Both the position numbers and the translations under genes were made by a program. Shown piece by piece: positions 11,159-23,416 of a stretch of 64,000 bases of DNA; position 1 is the stretch's first letter; every line of letters starts with the position of its first letter. Location of the stretch: NCBI GenBank assembly GCA_964019335.1, contig OZ025677.1, positions 124,001 to 188,000 on the forward strand. The letters are read 5' to 3'. This DNA comes from Diplonema japonicum (lineage: Eukaryota > Protista > Euglenozoa: Diplonemea). The notes beneath the pieces are model-generated. The model searched no databases, was not told the DNA's origin, and saw only the letters and a program-made list of their open reading frames with translations.

Positions 11159-12349
11159 TGTTTTTCTTTTTTTTTCTTTTTTTCCTGTTTTTTTTTCCCC
11201 CCCATTTTTCAGCGGCTCAAAACAAAAACAAAAAAAGGAAGTAAGTAGTAGGTACTTTTTTTTTTTTGATTTAATTTATCTTTCTTTCTTCTTTTTTTTT
11301 TAAGTTTTTCTTAAAAAACTTTTTCGGCCGATGAGCTAGGGCAGGGCGGGGGGGGGGCATTTTTTTTTCTCAAGATGAATGAGAATGGAATAAGAAGGGG
11401 GGGTTGGTGTGTTGAGTAGCAGCAAACCTGTAGGGGGAAAAAAAAGAAAAAGCAGAAAGACAACCGCGGACAAGGGGGTGGTTACCCACACACTCAAGCA
11501 CGCAAAAAGGATTGCTGGGGCCAATGGATAAAAAAAAAAAAATTCAACAGGGAGGAAGTCACGAAGAGAGGGAGAGCTTTCCCCAACCGCTCTTTATCAT
11601 TTACCTCCCAACCAGAAACCCACAAATGTTTCATGGAAGAATTTTTTGTGATACAGGTGGCGAAAGGTAATATGAAAAAGGAACGAGGGAATTTTCTTTT
11701 TTTTTTTTTCAAAAGAAAAAAGAAGAAGAAAAAGGAAACGAAAAAAAAAAAAAAAAAAGAATAGAGAGAGAGAAATGCAAGCTCTCTCCTCTCTTTTTTT
11801 CTTTCTTTTTTTTTCTCTTTATTTCCTTTCTCTTTTTTCTCGTTTTTTAAAAAAAAAAAAAAATAAGAGAAACTGAGCGGTTTGTCCTTTTGGAAAACCA
11901 CACGGGGAGGAAGGGAAAGAAAAAAAAAAAAAGTAACGAAGATGTAGAATTTCGAGACAAAAAAAAAATTTTTATAAACGAGATACTTGTCTTTGCCCGT
12001 TCTCTCGACACGTTCTAGTCAATATGGGAATAAAAAAAGAAATCATTTCATGAAAAAAAGAAAAAGGAGGTCTTAAAAAAAAAGGGGGGGCCTTTTCGGG
12101 CCCTTGTTCTCTTACAAGAGAGGTTGAAAAACAATTTTGTTATGATCAACTGCCGCATTCGTGAAGGCTTGCTGCGGTTTTAGACATAGAACGAGTGGTC
12201 AACGAGAGGGGGGGACAGTATTTCTCCAATGGAAGAAGGAGAGAGGGATGATGGCGATAGATTAGGAAAACAAAACAAAAAAAAATGAAGTGAAATAAGA
12301 AAACTTCGGATTTAAGGACCTAGAGAAGTAAATTCTCGTTTTTTGTCAC

Positions 12350-12381
<32 letters not shown>

Positions 12382-12464
12382 TACAATTCCATAAGTAGAA
12401 GAAAAAAAGAAAAAAAAAAACAATTTATGTGTTCTCATGATTCATGGATAAGAAAAATGTGCTC

Positions 12465-12500
<36 letters not shown>

Positions 12501-13729
12501 AAATAGGAAAATGAGGATAAAGCCAGGAAACTTATAATACCTTCCCCCTTCTTTTTTTTTTCTTTTTTTTTTATTTGTCCATTCAGGCCATAAAGAATAT
12601 CACGGTAGAAAAAAGTAATAAAAAAAGGGGGGGGCAAATGGGGAAAGATGAAAGGATACTTGGAATAACAGGAAATAAATTTCTTTTTTTTTTTTAAAAA
12701 GAAAAGGGCAGCATTTTTGAAAAGAAAATGGGAAAAAAAATGTAAAAAAAAGCAAAAAAATAAAAAAGAAGGGGAGATGTAAGTTGAAAAATGCTTAAAG
12801 ACTCTTTGCTTAAACTATGGGAATACTGGAATTTACCTTGTGCTTATTCTGCTTTTCTTTTGTTTTTTTCTTCTTTTCTTTTTTTTTTTTTTTTTTTTTT
12901 TTTTGAATTTTTTTGTTCCTGTTTACATTGTGTATGGTACTTATTCTTTTTTTATTTTTTTCTCAAGTCATATCCAAAAAAAAAAAAAGAGGGTACTGGG
13001 CCCTGGCTAGAAAGACCATTGCCCTCTTTTTTTTTTTTTTTTTCCTCTCTTTTATGATGCGAGTCTCGTGCCAGCGCAGTTTGGGAGACAAGAGTTTTTT
13101 TTCTTCTTTTTTTTTTCTTCCCAAATCATTTTTTGGGGGAAAATTAAAGAAACAACAGCAAGTATGTTAACATATGAAACGGAACCTCTTTTTCAAAAAA
13201 AAAAAAAGGAATTCTTGCTAGCTCTTATAGGTAGGTGACAAGGGGGGGAAAAAAAAAGAAATAGAGCAAAAAAAAAAAGATACAGAAGAAACATAAAAGT
13301 AACAATCCCAGTAGGAAACTGTAAAGTTTTACTGGGAGAAATACTTTTCCCCCCCCCTATTTCTCTTGTTTTCTTCTCATTTCTTTTTCTTTTTTTGTTG
13401 TCACCACTTTGGCCTACCACAAGAAGGAAAAAAAAAGATCTTTTAAAAAACAAAAGATATCAGAACGTAACCTAGTTAGGCAAACATGTTTTTTGGCACT
13501 CGACCATAGTGGAAGAGATCAAACCCTTTCTATAAAAAAAAAAAAAGAAGGATATTTATTTCCTGTCTTTTCCTCTTTTCATCATGGGGGGGGAAAAAAA
13601 GAAGAAAAAAAAGTACTAATTTCTACCTTTAAAAAGCAAAGAGGACCTCTCGGGGAGTAAGGGAATAAAAAAAAAATCTTTTTTTTCTTCTTTTCCTGGG
13701 GCTTTAAAAAAAAAAAAAAAGGAGCATGT

Positions 13730-13777
<48 letters not shown>

Positions 13778-13789
13778 TCTTTTTTCGTT

Positions 13790-14503
13790 TTAAGAATGCG
13801 ACCCAGAAGGTGCCTGTTCCACCTGAACAACAGGAGTAATAACACAGCCAGGGTTCGGCTGTATTGGGTTCGCTGAACTATGGCCTTGCTTTTTTGCCTC
13901 CGCCTTTGCTTGCTTCACACGCTGCCGTGCCCTGGCTTTGGCAAGAGACCGCTTCGACCGCGTACCAGAAGGAGTCTCAACCAAAATGGATAAAATACCG
14001 ATGTCCTTCCACACCGTTCGAATAACAGAAGATACCGACGCACAAGGAAGGGGAACCGCTGAAATCTCAAGAACACGCATTCCCACCTTCAGCTCTGCCT
14101 GCTCTGCCGGGGAGCCAGGGACTATGTTGGTAATGGAATTCCCCCGTACCCATGCACCTAGCCTTGACGAAGGATCAGACCTAACCACTGTGTGCAAAGA
14201 GAGGTATTTCCCAGGATACGTCACAGCAGCAACCGATAAGTCCGAAACTACATTATTCATGGCGTTCACAGCGATCGTGGTGACGAACAAGGCACAGACC
14301 TCTTCCTCTTTGTTGTCTATGCTTGAACCAGGAGTTACATCTTGGTACTGAAACATCGATATCTCTGGCGGAGTCATTGTTGAACCCTCATAAGCCACAG
14401 GAGGAGGAACAGACGGCGGGCACGCAGAATGGTATGTTAGCCCGTAAGGGTCATGTGTGTATGTCTCGCCTTGTGACCCCTGGCTGGATGTGCTTCGGGT
14501 CAT
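13790..14503 (-). CDS. PDZ-like domain protein with an N-terminal YTHDPY motif
   Basis: RLGAWVRGNSITNIVPGSPAEQAELKVGMRVLEIS is a PDZ pattern; YTHDPY at 14444-14461. Confidence 0.75.
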   Translation of the reverse strand: MTRSTSSQGSQGETYTHDPYGLTYHSACPPSVPPPVAYEGSTMTPPEISMFQYQDVTPGSSIDNKEEEVCALFVTTIAVNAMNNVVSDLSVAAVTYPGKYLSLHTVVRSDPSSRLGAWVRGNSITNIVPGSPAEQAELKVGMRVLEISAVPLPCASVSSVIRTVWKDIGILSILVETPSGTRSKRSLAKARARQRVKQAKAEAKKQGHSSANPIQPNPGCVITPVVQVEQAPSGSHS

Positions 14504-14628
14504 TTTTTTTTTTTTTTTAAATTCTTCTTTTTTTTTGAAATCTGTATGGGGGAGGGAGGGGGATTGTGAGATTTAAAAGAAAAAAAAAAAAAAAAAAAAG
14601 AAAAAGTGGGGGCGGGGAAAAATTATTC

Positions 14629-14835
14629 TTATTCTCCTAGGACGTCGAGCAGCTCCTTCATCCCAAAGAACACGAACGCGCCAAAAAACACGATGAATAG
14701 CACTGTGAAGCTGACCTGCGCCCACTCCTGCTCGGTTGCTGTGAGGTCCATCCTGGATATCTCGGGAAAGAATGTGGTTTGCCAGGCCATCACGGCCACT
14801 AGCACCGATATGTACAGCCTTCTCGTGGTCAGCAT
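14629..14835 (-). CDS. Small (68 aa) protein with two hydrophobic segments
   Basis: GC-richer island between homopolymer tracts, ATG after an A-run; hydrophobic LYISVLVAVMAW and VSFTVLFIVFFGAFVFFGM. Confidence 0.55.
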   Translation of the reverse strand: MLTTRRLYISVLVAVMAWQTTFFPEISRMDLTATEQEWAQVSFTVLFIVFFGAFVFFGMKELLDVLGE

Positions 14836-15257
14836 TTCTTTTTTGTGAGGGGGTTTTTTTTTTTTTTTTTTTTAAAATTTCTCTCCCTCACCTTATTTTC
14901 TTTTATGTTGCCGGCCAAAGAACAATGAACAAAAAAAAAGAACAAGACAAGAAGGAGGGGGGGGGGGGGGGGGGGGGATAAAGAAAGGGAAAGAGACAGG
15001 CTTATTTTTTTAATTTTTTTTTCTTTCTTTTCCAGTTTTTTTTTTCGTTCATTGCCACTACAAAATAAAAAGAAAGGGGAGGGGGTGAAATGGAAAGAGG
15101 GGAATGGGAAAGAAAAGCACGAGAGAACGAATCATAAAAAAAAGAGCATTAACCTCTCCCCTCTCTCCCCCCTCTCTTGGAAGAAGAAGAAAAAAAGAAA
15201 TATAAATAACAACACACGGATACTATTCTTTTCATTGCGTTCCCTTCCGTAACATGG

Positions 15258-15388
15258 TCACTTCTCATTCTGCCCTGGTAGGCTACGTAATGTTACTAAA
15301 GGGTTCAGGGTTTTTTCCATATATTGCGGGGCGTGGGATTCCAGATATTCTTTCGACTTCGTTTTACTGGAAGCATTCCAACTTTGAG

Positions 15389-15429
<41 letters not shown>

Positions 15430-18203
15430 CCCCATACTTTTTCCTCAATATTTCGAATGGCCAAAAATTCGTGACCGCTTCCTCTCCTGCTTCCTTCCCC
15501 TGCTGTTTCCCTGCCTCATCCGAGTCCCTTGCAGGCTTGGTGGAACACGACTCTTTATAATGGTACTGAAGAAAATGCGTATTACACACATCACCATGAT
15601 GCCCCATAAGCGATTTGACCCTGTCTTCCTTCGACAAAAGAGTTGCCTCAAGATACAGGAAGGGAAGCGGGTCTCGTTTGGGATCCTGAAATTTATTTTT
15701 TTTTTTCCCCCGCTCTCCCCCATTTAAATACCGTTGCTTCCAGAGACCTGATTTCAGCAACCAAGTCAGCATCTAAGTAAATACCACCTGAACGGAGGAC
15801 TTGAAGAAACTGTCTCCGGGTGCAGGTGTGGTAAGCTGAGTTGATGAGAAGCCTGTTAAGCTGGGTTGTCTTTGGAAAGGATAGTTCTTCCAAGGTCACG
15901 CTCAGCGCGAGTAGCGCTGAGAAGGCATCGCTGTCCCTCACGTTGAGGTACTTCATCATCTCGTTGAGAAGCTTGTCCAAGATATTGGAGGCAATCTCAG
16001 CATACCTCCGCACAAAAGGCACTGCCCTGTGCTTCGGGATCGCTGCCCACAGCTGCGGGTTTTCAGGCGTTGCGCCCCCTTTGTAAAACTGCTTCAGAAC
16101 CCCTTCTTTGAAAGCATTGGCCGTTACGGAAGCATATGTCTTGTCCCCTACGTCGGGTGCAGCATGAACAGTTTGCATCATTTGAGAACTGCTGCTGAAC
16201 CCTGATATGCTCAGCCTGTCCCTCAACCCGTGAAAGAAACCCGATTCGGTTTCATGCGGTGCTGGTACGGGCGTGTCGTCGTCGTCTTCCCTGCAGTCCA
16301 TCTTAACCGGCAGCATTACCAACCGTTCGCCGCCGCTTGACCCTGCACCGGGAAGCCGGGTGATGGTTATCCTGCACCCCGTCCCTGCCATCCTCAGCTT
16401 GCTCACCGACGACACCAACGTCGTGCGTGGCATCAAGTCCAGCATGTCGCTGACGTCCTTCCCCTTGTAGTGCTCCTTCACCTTCTGGTGTGTCGTCCCG
16501 ACGAAATATTCTTTAAACAGCTCCGAGGTGAGTGTCCCCGGACGCTCCTTCGTGACACCGATGATCATGTCGAGAGGGTTGAAGCGGATGGACGACATGT
16601 CCCGCAGGTGGCCTAAGTTGTAGTGCATGATGGGGGGAAGGGCATCAGAAGGGGCAGAATGGATGGTCCAGTCACGCAGCGCCTGCTCTTCAAGATCGTA
16701 GGAATAGAAGGTGCACGTGCTGTTGTCCAATATCAGCGAGGCCTGACCTGTTGTGTGGTGCATGAAGACAAGCTGCCTAACGGCCTGATCCTCGTGGTGC
16801 GAGGGCCATGCCCGCTTGGGCGACCCTGCAGGGGAGAAGGTGATAGGCGACGGGGAGCCTTCCCTGCAGTCGGTGTCAATGCGCACCGAGGAGGAGGGCG
16901 ACGTAGTGGTGGCCACAGAGGGCGTCGTGTTGACCGACGAGCTGTCGCCACTGTCGTACCTCACCTCAGGCGGGGCAGGGGGCGGAGGGGGTGGGGTCAC
17001 GGGAACCCTTCCCGAGATGCACATGACGGTCACATCAGGACTCGCGCACCCTACAAGAAGTCTGCTGGGCCTGGACCTGTGCTGGATGTCGAGGAGGTAC
17101 AGGAAGTAACCTGGAAGATAAACGGCAAGAATACCCCGACGTAGGGGCCCGACGAAGACGGACGTGAGTGGGGAGAGAGGAGGGAGGGAAGGGGAAGGCG
17201 AGATCGAAAGCGATATGCAGTGCTTTGTCATAAGACAGTAGAGCCCCATCCTGATGGCAGAATCCCCCGGCAGCGAATCATGCTGGTGCACAAGAACAGC
17301 CATTATCTGCTTGTCTTCGGTTCCCCGTCCGGTGCGGCGGCGGTCGTACTGGGTCACCATCTGGATGCGGAGGTGTTTGTCAGGAGGTGCATGTCCGCCA
17401 GCCCATGGACGGTCCTGGTAGACTGTGGGGGAACGGAGGACCTTCTCAGAGAATTTCATCGAAAGGTTGACCTCCATGATGGTTTCAGGGCGGTCGCCGG
17501 GGCGGAACGAGAAACATTTCAGAACGACATCAGCGCCAAACAAGGTGGAGCCAGTGCCGCCCTCCCTCCTCTGTTTCAAGAACAGGACATACAATGTGTT
17601 GTTGTGCGGCATGAACTGAGACCAGAGGTGCTGCTCGGCGACGCTGTAGATTTTCCCACTCTGGCCTACAAGGCCTTTTTTCTTGTCTTGGTGTAGACTG
17701 TATATTTCGATGGTTTCCTTGTCTAGGGTGTAGATGTAAAGGCATTTTGAGCTTTTTGAGCTTTCGAAGTTGAGAAACTGGACCCGGGGAAACTGCTGTC
17801 GGGAGCCCTCCGGGTTCTTTAGGGAGAAATAGCTGTTGCCCCTCCCCATGAGCCAACACTCGTATTCGCTGATCGGGGGTGCGCTTGGGTCCTGTGTTGC
17901 CCGCTCACGGCGAACGGTGCAGGCCAAAATGGACTTGTCCGTGTTGAGGGACGCAGCGCATAGTTTCAAAGGGCCGTCTTTTGCTGCGTGCTTCGTGTCC
18001 TGTTTGAACCGAACGCTTGACTTTCCCTTTTCCAGCACGTCAATGTAGCTTTTGTACACTTTGCCGTCCCAATCGTTCCTCGCAACCAGCACCACCCCAT
18101 CCCGTTCCGTCCCCACTATATGTTGCTGCGCAGGAGTTTCCTGCCCTTCAGGCGGCAGGGTGAGCTTTGTCCCTGGTGTGATCTCGCTTTTAAAAGACAA
18201 CAT
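15258..18203 (-). CDS. Gamma-secretase-activating protein (GSAP/pigeon)-like protein; exons 15732-18203, 15438-15685, 15258-15381
   Basis: Collinear resemblance to the recalled GSAP N-terminus: LCAASLNTDKSILAC ~ FSCSVNSERTLLAA, RVQFL ~ WVQFL, VAEQHLWSQF ~ IAEDFVWAQW, VLKCFSF ~ ILKCIQF. Two short introns join ORF-track fragments in frame. Confidence 0.7.
15382..15437 (-). other. 56-nt GT-AG intron, phase 2
   Basis: AA|gtatgggg-polyA-ccctcaaag|T joins ILRK-N-WNASSK in frame. Confidence 0.7.
15686..15731 (-). other. 46-nt GT-AG intron, phase 0
   Basis: ACG|gtatttaaatggg...aaaataaatttcag|GAT joins LEAT-DPKRDPLPF in frame. Confidence 0.75.
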
Positions 18204-18526
18204 TCTTCTTTCTTTTTTTTTTCTTTTCGTTTACTCCGTGTGTCCCCCCCCCCCCCCCCCCCCGTTAATGTGGGGTGGGACGAACGAACCTCCCTGTTGT
18301 GTTTTTTTTTTTTTTATTATTTCTTTTTTTTTAAATACATCGGCTTATAAATGAATAGTAGGAAAAAAAAAAGAAAAGAAGCAGAATATTGTTTGGTTTC
18401 TGTCGTGAAAAAAAAAAGGGAAGTCCACAAGGGGGGAAGGTAAGGAAGGCGCCCCCCTTACCATTCTGGCCCCAAGGGCAAACCGGGGGATGGGAAGAAG
18501 AAGAAGAAGAAGAAAAAAAGAGCTCC

Positions 18527-19084
18527 CTAATCACCACTGCTGCTGTAGATATTTATAGTTACAATTGAACTTTTCCCCCTGTACTTCTTTCTCTTCTTCT
18601 TATCGTTGCTCTGCTCTCCAAACACGCCGGTGATCTCGATCCCTGACACCCAAGCGTTTGCTAGCGTCCATGACCCAAGAATGCGGCCTGTTGGGGAAAC
18701 CTCTGAAAGGACAGCAAGCCTTTCATGGACTCTCGAAGAAGTAGGTCCCGAGGAGTATTCTTGGGCCTGCCTGGCCCAGTGCACGTACTCTTCTGAGAAG
18801 ATACCTTCGCTGAGGGAGATAGGGTCAATCTGAGTTTTGCCCGGAAATCTTTCCCCGGCAACCTTGACATTTAACCCATCCATCTTGAGGAAAGTGCCGA
18901 CCACTGCCCCTTCGATGCTGACTGAGTAGCTCTTGCCTACAGCACTCTTTGTCCTGGCTGCTTCCGTGACTTGGAACACACCGAAATCTTTAATTTGCGT
19001 GGGATTAGCCTCCCTGCTGGATGATTTTCCTCCTTCGCTGCATGCGAAACAGGCGAGGAACAACAGCATGCATTTTATTTTCAT
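18527..19084 (-). CDS. Secreted protein with a T4 gp19 / eCIS (Afp1/Afp5-type) tail-tube-like domain
   Basis: Signal-peptide-like MKIKCMLLFLACFACSEG, then YSVSIEG..VGTF.KMDGL...FPGKT..DPISLSEG....YVHW......ERLAVL.EVSPTG.ILGSWTLANAWVS...SN...IVTINI. This is collinear with the recalled tube-protein pattern F.VEIDG...gF.evsGL...lPGr.ky.nITLkRG.....l..W.....RR.g.i.lld..G....rW....AWP.k....sne.aietlel. Confidence 0.75.
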   Translation of the reverse strand: MKIKCMLLFLACFACSEGGKSSSREANPTQIKDFGVFQVTEAARTKSAVGKSYSVSIEGAVVGTFLKMDGLNVKVAGERFPGKTQIDPISLSEGIFSEEYVHWARQAQEYSSGPTSSRVHERLAVLSEVSPTGRILGSWTLANAWVSGIEITGVFGEQSNDKKKRKKYRGKSSIVTINIYSSSGD

Positions 19085-20125
19085 TTTTTTTTTTAAACTT
19101 ACCGTGTACCTAGTCGGTGTGGTTTAGGTGGGGTTGTGGGAATGAGAAAAGGGGAAAAGAAAAAAAAAAGGCGAGCGGACGTGGGTTTTTTTTTTCTTTT
19201 TTTTTTTTTTTTCCCTTGAGATCTGAGATTTTTCAAGATTTATTTTCCCAAAATCTAAAAAAAAAGGGGGGGGGAAACATGGATTTTGCTCCCCCCCACG
19301 CGTCGCTTTTGGCAAAAATAGTGGACAAACCACCAGGCTGAGACCTAGGCCCCCCGAAAGAAAAAAAAAAGCGGTGCCCTCTTTTCTTTCGGAAAAGGAT
19401 TGACTTTCTTTAACCGTGTAATAATGGGTAATTATTCGCCCCCTTCAGCAGTGAGTGACTCAAACGGCGTAAATGGGTGGAATAATTCATTATTAAAACT
19501 ACATACTTACCGCCAAAACAAGCCATTCTTTAACTCCCGCAAACCCTCTTTTTTTCTTTTTTTTTTTTTTTTCTTCTTCTTGCGGTGAAGAACCTAGCAG
19601 GGGATAAAAAATAATGACTCAAAACATCGGGGCCTTTTCTTTTTCTTTTTTTTTCTTTCGTATTTATTTTAAAAGAGAGACATTGGAACGCCTAAACTTC
19701 TAACCCCAAAATCCGTTTTTTTTTTCTTTCTTTTTTCTTTTTTTTTCTCCCTTGTCCCGTATGGTTTTTAAAACCTGAAAGGTATCTCTTTTTTTTTTTT
19801 TTAAACTCGTGTGCACTTCCTTTACTGGATAGAAAAAACTTAAAAAGACTTAAAAAGCTCAAACACGAAAAGAACACTGTCTACTGCTTTCATGACACAA
19901 ATTTGTGTGCTGTCGGGGCGGTAGGTACCGCAACGCAGTGAGAGTCTTGTTGTACTTTCTCGCGAGAAAAAGAAGGGGGGGGGGAAAGAAGAAAAAAAAA
20001 AAAAAAAAAAGCCAGTATAGAGGTTGGCACGTGTTTCAAGAGTTGCGTATTTCTTTAATTTTTAAAAATGCGTGAAGAGAGGGAACGAGGCCCTCCCTGT
20101 ATCCATTATTTCGGGAGAAGGAAGG

Positions 20126-20158
<33 letters not shown>

Positions 20159-22336
20159 GAATACGGAGAGGAAAAAGAAGAAGGTAAGGCCGTTACCAAA
20201 TATATTATATTCTAAGAGCTAGACTATGGAGTTGGAGAGAGGAAAGACATAAAAATCAGCAAAAAAAAAAAGGTAGTTTTTAAACTCTTTTTTTGTTAGG
20301 TCTAACCCCCTTTTTTTTAAAAAAAAATGATAATCAATAAACGCACGAATAGGGCATAGCGGATACCTCGGGTATTGCATGTTATAAGACAATACTTTTG
20401 ATTATAAAGGGGGGGGGGGGGGGGAGGATAAATAATAGGAGAGCAAATAAAACGCGGGGTTGTTTTTTTTGGGGGGAGTGTACCTCCTACCGGAGTTGCC
20501 GTTTTACATTCTATTTGCTTTTAGAACTTCTGCATTTGTAGTTCACCAAGATGCATTAGTGCTGTTAAGCTGTACAATGCAGTAGATTGACAAGTAGGGG
20601 CTTCTTTTTTTTTTTTCCAGTTCTTGTAGTTGTACACCACCTCCTTAGTGCGAACGGTAAAAAAAAAAAAACTAAATAAAAAATAAAAAATTGCGCCTTA
20701 AATCTCTAAAAAACCGGTTTGGGTTTAGCACCCCCTGTCGTCGGGGGGGGGGGGGGGCGAAAAATTGCTTCCAAAAAAAAAAAACAAAAAAGAAATCAAA
20801 ACAAATGGCTTCCTTCTACAGACCCCTCCCCTCATGACGGGCTTTAGAGATATGGGGCGTTGCAACTACTGGCTAAAGTTAGAAAAAATCAAAAACGGAT
20901 GCTTTAATTTTTCTCGCTTTTTAGCTCAGTTCGTCAGAATACTTTAAAAAAAAAAAAAGAAAAAAAAAGAAAAAACATCGATGCCACGAACTAAAAATTA
21001 CGTTTTTTTTTTTTTTTTTTTTTTGCTTTCTTTTTCTTTTTTTTTTATTATAAGCCTTAACGAGACAACAGGGGATTCTTCCCGGGTTGAAAAATGTTCC
21101 TGCTGCTGGGAAAAGGATTATTCTCAAAAAAAAAAGGGTGGGGAGAATCCATAAAACTCTCTTTTTTTTTTTCTTTTTGAAAAAAAAGATACTGGGACAG
21201 ATAGCTGCCGTTCCCCCCTCCCCCCCCCCCCCCCTTTTTTTAATATGTGTCGTAAGAAGTGACAAAATTACAAACGGGGGCATTAAATTATAAAAGAAAA
21301 AAAACTTTAAAAAGGAGAGGGAGAAAACTTTTTTTTTTCTTTGAGAAATCAAGAAAACAGGCAACTTAACAATTGCTTACAGGTAACCGGACCACTTCGC
21401 GATTAGATGACAGTTTTTACTTTTTGCTGTTATCATTTTATAACCTATACAAGGGAAAAAGGCTTTAAAACCCCCCCAAATTTAGGCCCGCGACTTAGGA
21501 GCTCTGATCTCTTGATTTCTATTTTGAACTACACCTACTTTGACGAAAACTGAAAGGGTGGGTGACTAAAGCTTCCTTTTGCCGCTGCCTTTGTTCCAGA
21601 AGAGAGAAGAAAGGGAAGGGGGGGGAAATAAAAAAAAAGAATAGGCATTGGCAAGAAAATACTTTAGGGGGGAGGAAGGTACACATAAAAAAAAAAAAAT
21701 TAAATACTGCGTAATATCTTGAAAGAAAAAAAAATTGACAAAAAAAATGGGGCTTTGATTGCAACACTAGGTGGCGTTAAGCGTGCAATGAAAAAAAAAA
21801 AGAAATTTAAAATTAAAAAAGAAATAGGCAGATAGACACCGAGGGTGACGTCACATCAGATTTCGATTTTTTTTTTTTTTTTTTTTTCCAAATATGTCAA
21901 GAAACACAGCAGCCAAAGAAAGAAGGGGAAAAAAAAAAAAAAAAAAAAAAAAAAAACACAAATGAAATTCAAAAAAAAAAAAATAAAGGCCAGGGGAAAA
22001 AAAAACAAGAAGAATAAGAAGAAGAGGAAGGGGGTGGGCGGGGGGGTAATCTTTCACCACCCTTTGAGGAACTGTACCTTTTCTTTTTTTTTCTTTTGGC
22101 GATCCTGTAAGGCATGCCTTATAGCGTGCTCTTTGTGACTGCCTTCTACTCCGGTTTCCCTCCCCCCTTTTTTTTTCTTCCTTGTTGGGCGTGCGTGTGA
22201 TATTAAAAAAAGAGAGAACTGTTCAAATGAATCGGATGATGAGCAGGATAAGGAGAAAAAAAAAAAAAGGAAAGAAAAAAAGAGACATGTTTTACACGTT
22301 GGTGTGAGCTCGGCCTCACCTTAGGAATGTTCTTGG

Positions 22337-22369
<33 letters not shown>

Positions 22370-23374
22370 ACCTTTTTTTTTTCCAGCTTTTCTTCACAAT
22401 TAAATGAACAATTTAAAAAAAAAAAAAAAAAAAAAAAACACACACTCTGTTGTGATAAGGAGTAACAAGTAGGTATGCGTCTTCCCCCCATTTTTCCATT
22501 CTTCTCATCTTGATTTTTTTTTTTCCCCCAAAAGAGATCGCACATTGAAACTGGTCACTCGGGTAAGAAGGGCGGGGAGGGGGATTCTTTTTTTTTCTTC
22601 TTTTTTTTTTTCCCAGGGGAGAAACAAAAAAGCAACGCAAAATCGCTTGATAGGGGCTTAAGCCCAGTGTGGCATAGGAAACAAGGGGGGGGGGGGGGGG
22701 GGGGGGGAACATTATACTGTGCTGATGGCGGAACAGGAGGCTTCAAGAAGAAAAAAAAGAAGAAAAAAGAAATCCATCCTCTTCAATTGATCCGCACGCT
22801 TTAAAAGAATATGGTAATATAGGGGTTTTTTTCAACCTTAGGTGTTTATTTAAAAACTTCGGTGAGGAGGACAGTTCTATCAAAAAAAAAAAAAAAGAAA
22901 AAGGTTACTTTTGTGCGGCAGCACAGCAGAAAGGTATTTTGTTACACGAAGACAGGGGGGCGAAGGGGCCGAACCCTGACTGTCGCAAAACTTGTAAGTA
23001 GAAGGGGAGAATAAAAAAATCTTTTTCCCACACGCACGCAAAAGAGTAAGTTGCCCACCACTCTTTTTTTTTTTTTTTTTAGCAAGACAAAATAGTTGTT
23101 TAAAGAGGGAGAGGGAGAAAAAAAAAGTTTTTTTTTTGGTTTGCGTGTAATGGCTACAAAGTATTTACCTAATAAAGATAATATTTGCAACGAACGCAAA
23201 ACGCTTCCTAACGATGTTCAATTTGATAATCATAAACAACAAGTGTTTTTGCTCATCATAAGAGGGGGAATGGAGAGGGGGGGCTAATGCTAAGAAAAAA
23301 GGTTCTTTTTTTCCTTTTTCTATTTTTCGGTTGGGAATAGATCACCTTCTTTCTTTCTTTCTTTCTTTCTTGAA

Positions 23375-23416
<42 letters not shown>

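Noticed and set aside
11160-13780. Many short poly-F/poly-K ORFs here and in other intergenic regions
   Set aside because: Artefacts of homopolymer runs, with no coding signal.
19037-19102. GTAAGT just upstream of the tube-like gene ATG with a later GCAG: a possible intron removing the signal peptide
   Set aside because: No ATG lies between the putative acceptor (19110) and this donor, so splicing would force a start inside the tube domain. Not fully excluded without RNA data.
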